Shown in pieces: positions 8,096 to 17,390 of a stretch of DNA of 64,000 bases (position 1 is its first letter; each line of letters begins with the position of its first letter). This stretch comes from a virus (lineage: Duplodnaviria; Caudoviricetes): the IMG/VR virus record IMGVR_UViG_3300032225_001595, positions 7,935-71,934 of that record. One strand, 5' to 3'. The notes under the pieces were generated by a model that saw only the letters and a list, made by a program, of their open reading frames with translations, made no database searches and had not been told where the DNA came from. The translations under genes and the position numbers were made by a program.

Positions 8096-10129
8096 GTGGT
8101 GTTTTCTTTCAAATTATCAGATGATTTTGTTGTCGCATTTAACGGCAAGAAGGTCCCGTGGGGCTATAAAGATGCTGCAGGCAGTTCAGTAGGTGAGATC
8201 ACGTTTTTACGCACTTACAGTCGTATCAAAGCCGATGGAACAAAGGAAACGTGGGCAGAGGTATGCCGTCGAGTCATTGAGGGTATGTACAGTATTCAGA
8301 AGGATTGGTGCAAAACCAATCGTCTTCCTTGGAATGAGAAGAAGGCACAGTCATCAGCTAAAGAGGCGTTTGAGCGCCTTTTTGAGTTGAAGTGGACGCC
8401 ACCGGGTCGTGGTTTGTGGGTCATGGGTACCCAGTTGGTGAACGAAGATAAGAACAGCGCGGCGTTGCAAAATTGTTCTTTTGTTAGCACCGTTGAGATG
8501 ACCCGTTATAACCCTGCCAAGCCGTTTGCGTTTTTGATGGAAGCTTCCATGCTTGGTGTGGGTGTTGGTTTTGACACCAAGGGAGTGGACAAGGGGTTCA
8601 CAATTGGTAACCCAGTGAGAGATGATGAGTCCGGCATTGAGTTTGTGATTCCCGATACCCGTGAGGGGTGGGTTGAGTCAGTTTCAATGTTGATTAATTC
8701 CTATTTGAAACCGGAACCTCAGTTTGCCATAAAGTTTGATTATTCCCAAATCCGTCCAGCGGGTACCCCGATTAAAACTTTCGGTGGAACAGCCGCAGGT
8801 CATGAACCGTTGGAGAGGTTGCATAATGCAATTCGCGGTTTGTTTGACGGACGTAGTGGGGAAGAGTTAGATACTTGTGATATTGCCGATATTGGAAACC
8901 TTATTGGGGTTTGTGTGGTGTCGGGGAATGTTCGTCGTTCAGCCGAGTTGTTGATGGGTGGGTTGAATGATGATGTGTTCCTCAATTTGAAGAACCCCGA
9001 AAGGTTTCCTGAGCGCAATTCTTACGACCCGGCAGCCCCGGGTTGGGGGTGGATGTCCAACAACTCTGTTGAGGTGAAGGTCGGCGATGATTTGTCCGGC
9101 ATTGTGGACAACATTGCCATCAATGGTGAGCCGGGTGTTATTTGGATGGATGTGACCCGTAAGTACGGGCGTCTTTTAGATCAACCAAACAACAAGGATT
9201 GGCGAGCATCCGGGTACAACCCATGTGCTGAGCAGTCGTTGGAGTCGTTTGAGTGTTGCACTTTGGTGGAAACTTATTTGAACCGCCATGACAGCCTTGA
9301 GGATTACAAGCGCACATTAAAGTTTGCGTATTTGTACGCCAAGACCGTGACCCTGCTACCAACCCACTGGGAAGAAACAAATGCGATTATGCAACGCAAC
9401 CGCCGTATTGGTACGTCAATGTCGGGCATTGCTAATTTTAGTGACCGCCGTGGTAATTCCGTACTTCGGGAGTGGATGGACGCTGGTTACATTACTGTTA
9501 CAGAGTATGATCGCAGCTACTCCGAGTGGTTAGGTATTCGTGAGTCCATTAAGACCACAACTGTGAAGCCATCGGGAACCGTATCCATTCTTGCAGGCGA
9601 AAGCCCGGGCGTGCATTGGACCCCGGGTGGGGAATACTTTTTGCGGTCAATTCGTTTTGCTAAAGATGACCCGATGTTGCCGTTGTTTAAGCAATCGGGG
9701 TACCGGGTGGAGGATTCTGTTACGGATCCAGAGACAACAGCAGTTGTGTATTTCCCCATTAAGTCGGATGCGTTGCGTTCTGAGAAGGATGTTTCCATTT
9801 ATGAGAAGGCTTCGTTGGCGGCAATGGCACAGCGCCATTGGTCTGATAATTCCGTGTCAGTGACGGTGTCGTTTGATGCGGAAAAGGAAAAGAAGGATGT
9901 TGGTACGGTTCTTCACATGTTTGATGGCCAGTTGAAAACCATTTCCTTCTTGCCCATGGGTAACGCCACATATCCACAGATGCCGTACACGCAGGTAACT
10001 GAGGAGGAGTATCGCGCATATGGTGATACCCTGTTGCCTGTGGATTTGACAGACGTGTATGCTGGGTTGGCAGCGGATGCTATTGGTGAAAAGTTTTGCA
10101 CGACAGATGCGTGCGAAGTACCTAAATAA
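8096..10129 (+). CDS. nrdJ: Class II (B12-dependent) ribonucleotide reductase, monomeric RTPR type
   Basis: PPGRGLW, QNCSF, YNPCAEQSLESFECCTLVE, TTVKPSGTVS, C-terminal CTTDAC redox pair; GTG start after GAGG. Confidence 0.95.
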   Translation: MVFSFKLSDDFVVAFNGKKVPWGYKDAAGSSVGEITFLRTYSRIKADGTKETWAEVCRRVIEGMYSIQKDWCKTNRLPWNEKKAQSSAKEAFERLFELKWTPPGRGLWVMGTQLVNEDKNSAALQNCSFVSTVEMTRYNPAKPFAFLMEASMLGVGVGFDTKGVDKGFTIGNPVRDDESGIEFVIPDTREGWVESVSMLINSYLKPEPQFAIKFDYSQIRPAGTPIKTFGGTAAGHEPLERLHNAIRGLFDGRSGEELDTCDIADIGNLIGVCVVSGNVRRSAELLMGGLNDDVFLNLKNPERFPERNSYDPAAPGWGWMSNNSVEVKVGDDLSGIVDNIAINGEPGVIWMDVTRKYGRLLDQPNNKDWRASGYNPCAEQSLESFECCTLVETYLNRHDSLEDYKRTLKFAYLYAKTVTLLPTHWEETNAIMQRNRRIGTSMSGIANFSDRRGNSVLREWMDAGYITVTEYDRSYSEWLGIRESIKTTTVKPSGTVSILAGESPGVHWTPGGEYFLRSIRFAKDDPMLPLFKQSGYRVEDSVTDPETTAVVYFPIKSDALRSEKDVSIYEKASLAAMAQRHWSDNSVSVTVSFDAEKEKKDVGTVLHMFDGQLKTISFLPMGNATYPQMPYTQVTEEEYRAYGDTLLPVDLTDVYAGLAADAIGEKFCTTDACEVPK

Positions 10130-10139
10130 GGAGAACAAT

Positions 10140-10370
10140 ATGACGAACACATTTGCAGGTCTTCCATACAAGGAAGGGTTTGCCCGAGCTGCGTTTTTTA
10201 ACCGCGAACCTGAGTACAGGGAGATGACGCCCATGTATGAGAGGATGGCGGAAGCGGAGCGTGAGTATGTGAAGAATCTTACGGAGATGAACGCCCTTCC
10301 TTGGGAGTCGTGGAAGGAGCAGTGGGAGTCTAAAATCCGTAACGGTGAGCTAAGACCACATACTTTGTAA
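10140..10370 (+). CDS. Hypothetical protein
   Basis: AAGGAG then ATG at 10140; 76 aa. Confidence 0.65.
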   Translation: MTNTFAGLPYKEGFARAAFFNREPEYREMTPMYERMAEAEREYVKNLTEMNALPWESWKEQWESKIRNGELRPHTL

Positions 10371-10375
10371 GCAGT

Positions 10376-10413
10376 AAAAAACCCCCCGGCTAATCACCGG
10401 GGGGTTTCTTTTT
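10376..10413. terminator. Bidirectional intrinsic terminator between convergent operons
   Basis: AAAAA ACCCCCCGG-N7-CCGGGGGGT TTCTTTTT. Confidence 0.85.
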
Positions 10414-10416
10414 GGA

Positions 10417-11427
10417 TTAAATACTTAACCATTCGGGATGGTCAAGAGTCCATCGTACAGTACGTTCAAGGGACTCTTCAAGTGGGATTGGCGCTTTCCA
10501 TCCAGCTTGCGCCAAAAGGGTTCCATCTAAGGCATATCTGAGGTCATGCCCCGGTCGTGATGAGTGGAAGTCCACCAACTCGTACTTCAATTCTTTACCT
10601 GCCGCAGATGCAATCATTTGCGCCATTTCAAGGTTGTCCACCTCACGCTCACCAACAACATGAAAACGCTTAGGGCGATCAATAGTGTCTGAGTAGTTAT
10701 CTACATCAATATTGTTAAGAATGTACAGCAACGCATCAGCTTGGTTCCTCGCATGGAGGTAGAACCGACTGCCTACCTCACCTGAAGGAGATGCGTGGAT
10801 TTCCATCGTGTCACCCTTGAGTACTCGTGAAAGCGTTTTGGGCATGAATTTCTCAGGATCCTGCATTTCCCCAATAATATTCATAGTGTTAGTGATGATC
10901 AATGGCACCCCATAGGTACGCCAAGAGGAAAACGCAATACTTTCTTGGGCAGCTTTACTAGCAGCATAAGGATTGCTAGGAAGGTGAAGATCTTGCCACT
11001 CAACGTGAGCATGTCCAGCAGGGGCTGGCCCATAAACCTCATCCGTGGAGATATGGATGAACTTCTCGATATCAGAGTTTTTAGCCCAGTCCATCATGTT
11101 GCAAATAAGTTGAACATTGTTAACAATGAATGGCGTTGGCTCTTCAATAGATCTATCAACATGTGATTGACTAGCTACATTGAGAACGTAGTCAATTTTG
11201 CCAATTTCTTTGGCGCTGACAGGTGTAATAGGTGCGGTAAGGTCATGCTGAAACACTTTTACCCGGCTAGTGTCAAATCCATCAACGGATAGACGAATGC
11301 GGTCATACATACCTTTGTGTTGGTAGGTAGCTGGGCATACCACTTGCCAATCAGTGTTAGCAAGAATATGACGTAATACGTGACTCCCAACGAAGCCACT
11401 AGCGCCAGTCAACAATACTCGTTTCAT
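10417..11427 (-). CDS. rfbB: dTDP-glucose 4,6-dehydratase-like extended SDR
   Basis: TGASGFVG, ASQSHVDRSI, STDEVYG, YAASKAA (YxxxK), RPGHDLRYALD. Confidence 0.9.
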   Translation of the reverse strand: MKRVLLTGASGFVGSHVLRHILANTDWQVVCPATYQHKGMYDRIRLSVDGFDTSRVKVFQHDLTAPITPVSAKEIGKIDYVLNVASQSHVDRSIEEPTPFIVNNVQLICNMMDWAKNSDIEKFIHISTDEVYGPAPAGHAHVEWQDLHLPSNPYAASKAAQESIAFSSWRTYGVPLIITNTMNIIGEMQDPEKFMPKTLSRVLKGDTMEIHASPSGEVGSRFYLHARNQADALLYILNNIDVDNYSDTIDRPKRFHVVGEREVDNLEMAQMIASAAGKELKYELVDFHSSRPGHDLRYALDGTLLAQAGWKAPIPLEESLERTVRWTLDHPEWLSI

Positions 11428-11955
11428 TTACGCATCCTTAACTGCTTGAAGGTGCCATACTAAATGGCATTCCGATTTCGTATCTTTAGATTGCCCTAAT
11501 AGAACAAACCTGCCATAAAACCCATAATCCCGAGCGATGTGTACCGCCGTGTGGGGTGTGCTTTCAGATGGCTCTATAAAATAGGCAATAGTTTGAGAGG
11601 TGATGAAATTAACATGCTGAGGGTCTTGAAATGCCTCAAGGTAAGGTACGTGGGGTGTGGAAAACCAAGTTTCACCGTTTGGTTTTAACACTCGCCATAC
11701 ATCATTTAATATATCTATAAATGGTTGCGTGCGTTGTCTTCCGTTATACAAAATTCGTGGAACGTGTTCTAAAAAGTCAAAGCCGGTCACGTAATCAAAG
11801 TAGTTGTCTTCAAATGGAATAGGATCTAAAACAAGGTCAGCTACTTTAATATTAGGGTTGCCAAAATCAACAATGTCCACCCCATAAATTTCATCCGCGT
11901 TGAACGGGTTTTTAGGTTGACTACCGCAACCTAAATCCAATGTTTTAGTTGTCAT
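11428..11955 (-). CDS. Class I SAM-dependent methyltransferase (type 11-like)
   Basis: LDLGCG, IYGVDI, DFLEHVP, WRVLKPNG; TAATG coupling with the upstream gene. Confidence 0.85.
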   Translation of the reverse strand: MTTKTLDLGCGSQPKNPFNADEIYGVDIVDFGNPNIKVADLVLDPIPFEDNYFDYVTGFDFLEHVPRILYNGRQRTQPFIDILNDVWRVLKPNGETWFSTPHVPYLEAFQDPQHVNFITSQTIAYFIEPSESTPHTAVHIARDYGFYGRFVLLGQSKDTKSECHLVWHLQAVKDA

Positions 11956-13409
11956 TAGGCAATCCATTCTTTGAGAGTTTCGAGGTTTTCTTTAATATAC
12001 TCCGGGAACGAGTGGTCAATGGGTCGTATTGCCGTCATACCATCATCGAATAAACTCTTGCCAGTGTCAATGCACATTTGGATGTAGTCAAGGTCCTTGA
12101 CCTCGTCACCGTATTCTTGGTGTGAAAACGCCTCAAGTTTCTCGCGGATCTTTTTGTTTTCCTTTAAGAACGAGAAATGCCATCCGGCATTGGCAATCGC
12201 GCTTTTGGTGGAGTTGAACCTAGTCGTGCACTGGTTGACAAAGTCCTTGTAGGTAGTGATTTTTGCGTGGTACCACTTATGCTCGAACTGCAAGTTGAAC
12301 TTGTAATAGTAGAACAAGTATTCAAGCGCGGTAGTTTTTACGTCTTTGACGTAGGTCAAGTATTCAATAACGGTGCGCCGGGGAATCTCATCCACATCGC
12401 CAATGATCAAGATGTCATCAGGATTGAGACCAAGGGGGGCGAGAGTATCGCGGTTGATGTGGTTCATCTGGTACTGCTCGCGTTCCCACGGGTTCTCAGT
12501 TTCAAACAACTCCGGGGTGATGATAGTCACTTTACTGGCGTATTTGGGATAACGTTCCTGCAAACAGTCTTTAAGCCAAAGATCCTTGGGGATGCCGGTG
12601 AACGTTTCCTTGCTTTCTACAATGACAAAGTGATCGACAAAATCGTTGAGCTCGCAAAACCTAACATCAAGCAAAAGGAACTCGTCGTAGAACGGAAAAC
12701 AATCAACCACTTTGCGCCCTTCAATAGGCTTGTCGCCTTTAAGTTTGCTGACATCAATAGCAAAACGCGATTGCATGTAGCGTGTGAATTTGACGTGGTC
12801 AGATTTCAGCAAATTGCTAATCCGATGGCTGATTTTGTCTTCCTTTGCTTTACCCACAATTGGGTGGTTATGCTCCATGATCACATCAGGCAAATACATG
12901 CATGTGCCTAACGTCTGGGCAATAGTCATCCAGTAGTTGTCGAAGAAGTTGTGCTCGACAGCAGGGCATCCGTAGAAACCCACGGCTTTGATCATGCTGC
13001 TCTTGATACAGGGGTGAGTAGCAAGCTTGCCGTTGTGCACTAGGTCGTTGCCGTAGACCATACCAACTGGCACATCTTCCAAGAAGTCAATGAACTTTGA
13101 TTCCCACGGAGTTTGCAGCACAATATCGTGAGCAAGGAATTGAATGTACTCATGCTTGTCCGCAATATCTAACGCGTGGTAATTGAGTTTTTCCATGAGT
13201 GTGATGTCGCTGGGAACACTTAACCATTTCACATCACTAAAGGACTCCAATAATGTAGGGTGTCCTATTGTTTCGTCATCATCTGTAATGACATAAATAT
13301 CAGACAGTCCTTCAGTTTGTTTCTTCCATGAAGAAAGTGCTTCAACAAGTTGTGCTGTACGACCCGTACCACCGTCACGGAAAGGAAGAATGACACCGAT
13401 GGGCTTCAC
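11955..13409 (-). CDS. Two-domain glycosyltransferase: GT2-like N-terminus fused to GT17 (GnT-III/MGAT3-like) C-terminus
   Basis: N-terminal VILPFRDG and VYGNDL; C-terminal VVDCFPFYDEFLLLDVRFCELNDFVDHFVIVES, IGDVDEIP, AGWHFSF, AFSHQE. Confidence 0.8.
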   Translation of the reverse strand: MKPIGVILPFRDGGTGRTAQLVEALSSWKKQTEGLSDIYVITDDDETIGHPTLLESFSDVKWLSVPSDITLMEKLNYHALDIADKHEYIQFLAHDIVLQTPWESKFIDFLEDVPVGMVYGNDLVHNGKLATHPCIKSSMIKAVGFYGCPAVEHNFFDNYWMTIAQTLGTCMYLPDVIMEHNHPIVGKAKEDKISHRISNLLKSDHVKFTRYMQSRFAIDVSKLKGDKPIEGRKVVDCFPFYDEFLLLDVRFCELNDFVDHFVIVESKETFTGIPKDLWLKDCLQERYPKYASKVTIITPELFETENPWEREQYQMNHINRDTLAPLGLNPDDILIIGDVDEIPRRTVIEYLTYVKDVKTTALEYLFYYYKFNLQFEHKWYHAKITTYKDFVNQCTTRFNSTKSAIANAGWHFSFLKENKKIREKLEAFSHQEYGDEVKDLDYIQMCIDTGKSLFDDGMTAIRPIDHSFPEYIKENLETLKEWIA

Positions 13410-14164
13410 AGGTAACCTCCTAAATCAACACCGTAAATGCGCTTAATAAAGTTTACATCTTGTTCAGCCATTACTTTAAACTGCGTAAATAATGACTTTT
13501 TTACAAAAGGATAACCAAGTGTCAATAGTCGTTCCCACGCGTAAATGTACTGGTTAGGGTCGTCTACTAAATCAATGATGCGTTGACTAACAATATTTTT
13601 ATACGAATACATCACTTTTAGTTTGTTTCCCTGTTGATTAATCAATTCATTTAACGGAAACCCTACTTCATACTTCATTACCAAATTAAATTTATCTAAA
13701 GATTGCACATCGGTTACGCTTGGACATAGCGCTTCTTGAAGAACATGGTTTTCTAGCGCGTAACTTGAAAAAGCTCGCATGTAGGACTGTAAGTGGTACT
13801 GACCATTGGCGATGTTATCAGTAAGCCCCCAAATATCGTAATCATAGGCTTCAATGCTTTCAAAAACAGGATCCAATGATTGGATAGGACCAATGCAGCT
13901 ATCGTTCATGAGAACCAAAAGATTACTATCAAATATGTCAGGGTTGTCTGACAGAACCCTAGACCACGCACCAATATCCCATCCACGATTAATACGACTT
14001 AGCAATTCCACGGCAGGGAACTGATCGTAGGGAAATTCGCTTGGGTTAGTTGTTGATACAATAACCCTGTAATTGCGTCGTATAAACGCGTTGATTTGTG
14101 ATATCACCCACGGATTAAATTCTCCGTGGTGGGCGTAAACCAATACTTTATCATTTTGTTTCAT
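13406..14164 (-). CDS. Rhamnan synthesis protein F (RgpF)-like
   Basis: NRGWDIGAW, LMNDSCIGP, DIWGLT, HLQSY, YEVG motifs. Confidence 0.75.
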   Translation of the reverse strand: MKQNDKVLVYAHHGEFNPWVISQINAFIRRNYRVIVSTTNPSEFPYDQFPAVELLSRINRGWDIGAWSRVLSDNPDIFDSNLLVLMNDSCIGPIQSLDPVFESIEAYDYDIWGLTDNIANGQYHLQSYMRAFSSYALENHVLQEALCPSVTDVQSLDKFNLVMKYEVGFPLNELINQQGNKLKVMYSYKNIVSQRIIDLVDDPNQYIYAWERLLTLGYPFVKKSLFTQFKVMAEQDVNFIKRIYGVDLGGYL

Positions 14165-14295
14165 TTCTTGCCCTTACCAGCGTAGCCAGTCTTCTTCTTG
14201 TTCATTGACCCCGGCTTGTTGTATCCACGCTTATCGGGAGTATTTTTTCGCCTAATTTCAAGGGCGCGTAGAATCTTATCTAAATGCTTACCCAC
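14161..14295 (-). CDS. Small basic protein (44 aa, not in the ORF track)
   Basis: GGAG then GTG: MGKHLDKILRALEIRRKNTPDKRGYNKPGSMNKKKTGYAGKGKK; stop overlaps the next ATG (ATGA). Confidence 0.7.
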   Translation of the reverse strand: MGKHLDKILRALEIRRKNTPDKRGYNKPGSMNKKKTGYAGKGKK

Positions 14296-14453
14296 TAGTT
14301 ACTCCTAAAGAATTTGCGCCACACAGTCACGACGACAATAGTAGCAGTGCTGAGCCAAAAAACTTGCGGGCTGATCCAAAAGTCAAACCAGTTTGAGCTG
14401 ATACCAAAACCATCCGAGTTATAGTGCAGGCTAATGAGTGTTACATCTTCCAT
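14295..14453 (-). CDS. Small membrane protein
   Basis: AAGGA then ATG at 14453; hydrophobic VFWLSTATIVVVTVW followed by RK. Confidence 0.6.
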   Translation of the reverse strand: MEDVTLISLHYNSDGFGISSNWFDFWISPQVFWLSTATIVVVTVWRKFFRSN

Positions 14454-14582
14454 TTGTTGGTCCTTATTTGTTGTTGGAAAAGGATGGGGCGCAGGTACGC
14501 CTAGGTTCAACCAACCATCATGAGCGCCCTTGGTAGGTCGAAAGGAGAGGAAAGCCCCTACTTTAACGCCCCATCCCTAAGT

Positions 14583-14720
14583 TTATTTATGGCATGAGCA
14601 AGAACAATTGTATGTTTTATCGTAGTAGTTGTGTGTGATGATGCACTTGTCGTGGTGGCCGGTCATGCACCAACCAAACGGTCGGGGCTCACCCCTGAGA
14701 ATCGCGCCCAAGGCAAACAA
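14583..14720 (-). CDS. Small Cys/His-rich protein (FGWCMTGHHDKC...CSCSCHK); start uncertain
   Basis: In-frame TTG at 14720 or ATG at 14666, to TAA at 14583. Confidence 0.45.
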   Translation of the reverse strand: MFALGAILRGEPRPFGWCMTGHHDKCIITHNYYDKTYNCSCSCHK

Positions 14721-14726
14721 TTTCTC

Positions 14727-14939
14727 TCATGTGCCGCGAATGAACTTGCTCACCACACAGCATGGGTCGCCTCCGTCTTCCCACTCTGTTGCTTCTTCGT
14801 CTGTCATGTATGGGTCACCGTCGTGTGTGCTGCAAAAGGGTAGGCTGATCCAGTCACGGGTAATCCCGTTGTTCAACCAGATAAGGAACTCTCCTCGTTC
14901 ATTTGCGCCCAGATAATCTTTGGGTGTTTCTTCTTCCAT
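14727..14939 (-). CDS. Hypothetical protein (CSTHDG...DPC)
   Basis: 70-aa ORF coupled to whiB. Confidence 0.7.
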   Translation of the reverse strand: MEEETPKDYLGANERGEFLIWLNNGITRDWISLPFCSTHDGDPYMTDEEATEWEDGGDPCCVVSKFIRGT

Positions 14940-15220
14940 CAGTCAGCTCCTGTAATCAAAGGGATGACGACTATACCACGACGCTGTCTTATGGCGCGTC
15001 GCTCATTGTGTGTCGTGCCTCCCCATACACCCACAACATTGTGTTTCAGCGCGTACTCTAAGCACTCAAACTGAGACGGGCAGCTTTTGCATATTTGTTT
15101 GACAAGTTTCAGTTCAACATAGGCACGAGTTTGTTCAGCCTCAAAGAACATCTCCCCATCTATACCTGCGCATGCTGCACCTTCTTGGAAGTGTGGAAAG
15201 TCTACCGCAATTTTTACCAT
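14939..15220 (-). CDS. whiB: WhiB-family transcription regulator (copy 1)
   Basis: AAC..DGEMFF...KQICKSCPSQFECLEYAL...GVWGGTTHNERR: four Cys plus the GVWGG turn. Confidence 0.92.
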   Translation of the reverse strand: MVKIAVDFPHFQEGAACAGIDGEMFFEAEQTRAYVELKLVKQICKSCPSQFECLEYALKHNVVGVWGGTTHNERRAIRQRRGIVVIPLITGAD

Positions 15221-15232
15221 GATGTTTCTCCC

Positions 15233-15514
15233 TTAGTTTAGGTAGTGACCTAAGTCTCCTGCGTATCTGCGTACATTTGCCCATGATGTTTCGCCGTAAA
15301 AGTATTTGACTTTCTTTTGCCCGTTGATGATGGATGTTACTTTGTAGTAGCATGGAATGAACTCTGCTTCTTCAACTGTAAGGTGGCAGTCGTTTAGTCC
15401 ACGCCAGTTATTTTCCGCGTACTTGTTGTAGAGCTGCTCCCATTTGGTGACATAACTGACGGGTGGTCGGCGTGAATAGTATTTTAGGTTACCTTTGATT
15501 GCGAACGGTTCCAT
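15233..15514 (-). CDS. Hypothetical protein
   Basis: 93-aa ORF in a TAATG-coupled array. Confidence 0.65.
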   Translation of the reverse strand: MEPFAIKGNLKYYSRRPPVSYVTKWEQLYNKYAENNWRGLNDCHLTVEEAEFIPCYYKVTSIINGQKKVKYFYGETSWANVRRYAGDLGHYLN

Positions 15515-15717
15515 TAGTGCTCCTTGTAGTAGTCTAGATCAACGCTGTGTAGGTTGATGATTTTGCCCGATTGTAGTTTGACTGTCACTTTGTCTTCTTC
15601 TGTTTCTAGGACTGTTGCTCCCCGTACTGTGTCAGCATCATAGTAGTCGTTGGTGTCGTAACTTGGAATGGCCAACATCATTGCTTCTAGGTCTTCTCGC
15701 ATTGTTATGTAAGTCAT
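15514..15717 (-). CDS. Hypothetical protein
   Basis: 67-aa coupled ORF. Confidence 0.6.
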   Translation of the reverse strand: MTYITMREDLEAMMLAIPSYDTNDYYDADTVRGATVLETEEDKVTVKLQSGKIINLHSVDLDYYKEH

Positions 15718-15959
15718 TACTTGTCCTTCCTTTGTGGTAGTGGCAGCCCAAAAATAAATCCGCCGCCGTTGCCTTCCTCGTCAGCACTAACCTCAAGAGT
15801 TAGTATCTGTCCTGTCAGGAGTTTGACTAGGAACCTTGGGTATGGTGAAAGCCCATACTCGTCTTCTTGTCTACCTGTGTAGCCGATGATACTTGCGCCT
15901 GTGAGCTGTCGGTAGTAGTCATCGTAGTATGGATCTTGGATTAGTTTTGGCTCGCTCAT
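15717..15959 (-). CDS. Hypothetical protein
   Basis: 80-aa coupled ORF, DEEGNGGG motif. Confidence 0.65.
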   Translation of the reverse strand: MSEPKLIQDPYYDDYYRQLTGASIIGYTGRQEDEYGLSPYPRFLVKLLTGQILTLEVSADEEGNGGGFIFGLPLPQRKDK

Positions 15960-16627
15960 TATTCCTCCTCTTTGTAGTTAGGGCAGTCTTCGTACAGTTC
16001 AGACGCTTTCATAGAACCATGGTTGTAATTTTCGCATCGCCAGCACACTTCACTTTGCCGTAGCATATTCTCCGCATGGCTATCAGGAATGTCCCACTCT
16101 TCTCTTTGGAGAACATTTTCGCCTTGTAGTGTCACATCACCACCCCAGCCCTGTTCCTCTTCATACTCAATGTTGATAATCAAGTCAGGGTATTGCTTGG
16201 CTAGTTTCTCAATGGCTTTTAGTGGGGGATTCCAAGGGGTCTCAAACTTGTAGGAAATTGTGAGAGTACCAGCAAGTTCTATGTCGTCTAGCACTTCTAC
16301 ATCACCTGCGTCCCACTTGCAACCCCATTCACGCACATTCCAATGCCACCAATCTCCACCTTCTGCAAGAGCCTTTGTGTATGACTCTGCAAAGTTACCT
16401 AGGTCTACCTTGTGTGTTGGTTCACCCCAATAAGCATCAAGGTCGGTGGGGGCAATGATGTTCCAAAAAGATAAAGCAGACTCATGCATTTGTTTCACAT
16501 GCTGAACACCATCTTTGGTCATTGTCCTGTGATTGGTTTCATACGGCTGTGCAAGTTTCGCTCTGACTTCATTCACCAAGTCGGTGGAACCTGTGATGGA
16601 CACATAATTAAATACCCAATTAGGCAT
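15959..16627 (-). CDS. DUF1281/YubB ferredoxin-like domain protein
   Basis: MPNWVFNYVSITG, WNVREWGCKWD, YKFETPWNPP; AAAGGAG RBS. Confidence 0.75.
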   Translation of the reverse strand: MPNWVFNYVSITGSTDLVNEVRAKLAQPYETNHRTMTKDGVQHVKQMHESALSFWNIIAPTDLDAYWGEPTHKVDLGNFAESYTKALAEGGDWWHWNVREWGCKWDAGDVEVLDDIELAGTLTISYKFETPWNPPLKAIEKLAKQYPDLIINIEYEEEQGWGGDVTLQGENVLQREEWDIPDSHAENMLRQSEVCWRCENYNHGSMKASELYEDCPNYKEEE

Positions 16628-16765
16628 TGTTGTTCTCCTTTGTTGTTGTTGTTTCTTGTAGCATTACTTGGCACTTAGAGCAATACACATCATCGTCCTC
16701 CCAATAAGCAGGCTGATTACAATGCTCAAACGATATGTCTTTATGGGGCGTGAGTACCCAGCCGT

Positions 16766-16966
16766 TCATAGTGTTCCTTCCCTGTCTTTACGGTAGTAGG
16801 CAGCAGCAGTCAGGACTCGTATGTCCATCTCTTTTTCTGTGGCGATATGGTAGGCGTAACTCATGGCGTTGTCCATACTTTCGGCAACACATAGGCAGCG
16901 TTCTTCATCGTAGACTTCCCAACTCTCGCCACGGCCATTGTTATCTATCTCAGCAACAGTAATCAT
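16766..16966 (-). CDS. Hypothetical protein
   Basis: 66-aa coupled ORF. Confidence 0.6.
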   Translation of the reverse strand: MITVAEIDNNGRGESWEVYDEERCLCVAESMDNAMSYAYHIATEKEMDIRVLTAAAYYRKDREGTL

Positions 16967-17133
16967 TCTTCGTCCTCGTCAATCTCGTCAATGCGTAGGT
17001 TGCTCTCCGACCAGCCCTTATAGGTCTTGCACATGTATTTCCAAAAGGCTTGCCACTCTTCATCGTTCAGGGGCATGTACCCATCGAAGTCCTCAATGCG
17101 ACTGAACATCAACTCGTTTGGTAACTCGCTCAT
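16963..17133 (-). CDS. Hypothetical protein
   Basis: AAAGGAG then ATG at 17133. Confidence 0.55.
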   Translation of the reverse strand: MSELPNELMFSRIEDFDGYMPLNDEEWQAFWKYMCKTYKGWSESNLRIDEIDEDEE

Positions 17134-17135
17134 TA

Positions 17136-17390
17136 TTATTCTCCTTTGTTGTTTTCTATTTCCAGCACCGCGTCTGCTAGTGCAGTTAGTCGTTCTGCTA
17201 CCCACTCAGGGCAGCCAACCGCTATCAAATCCTCAGACTCAATCTCCTCGCCTGCCCAATCGGGGCAGTCGTAGGTTGTGCATATCCACGCGCAGCCTTC
17301 CTCGTCCCATGTGGATACATTGGGAAGCATTGGCTCGTTGCAGTGGTCACATACTAGGACTGTTTCTTTCGTCCAAGTTAGGTCGGTCAT
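17136..17390 (-). CDS. Hypothetical protein with CDHC and CTTYDC
   Basis: 84-aa coupled ORF. Confidence 0.65.
   Translation of the reverse strand: MTDLTWTKETVLVCDHCNEPMLPNVSTWDEEGCAWICTTYDCPDWAGEEIESEDLIAVGCPEWVAERLTALADAVLEIENNKGE

Noticed and set aside
12177-12911. 244-aa plus-strand ORF, and similar long antisense ORFs (17027-17788, 42764-43561, 57729-58328, 63455-63961)
   Set aside because: They shadow well-supported genes on the opposite strand, lack RBS and motifs, and read as antisense translations.
14490-14570. Hammerhead ribozyme (CATGAG and CGAAA nearby)
   Set aside because: The CUGANGA core is missing and the three stems cannot be built.
14583-14735. UGA readthrough or selenocysteine joining 14727-14939 to the in-frame Cys/His ORF, with a hairpin after the stop
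   Set aside because: An in-frame TTG two codons after the stop explains the second ORF; the hairpin does not resemble a bacterial SECIS and no sel genes are present.
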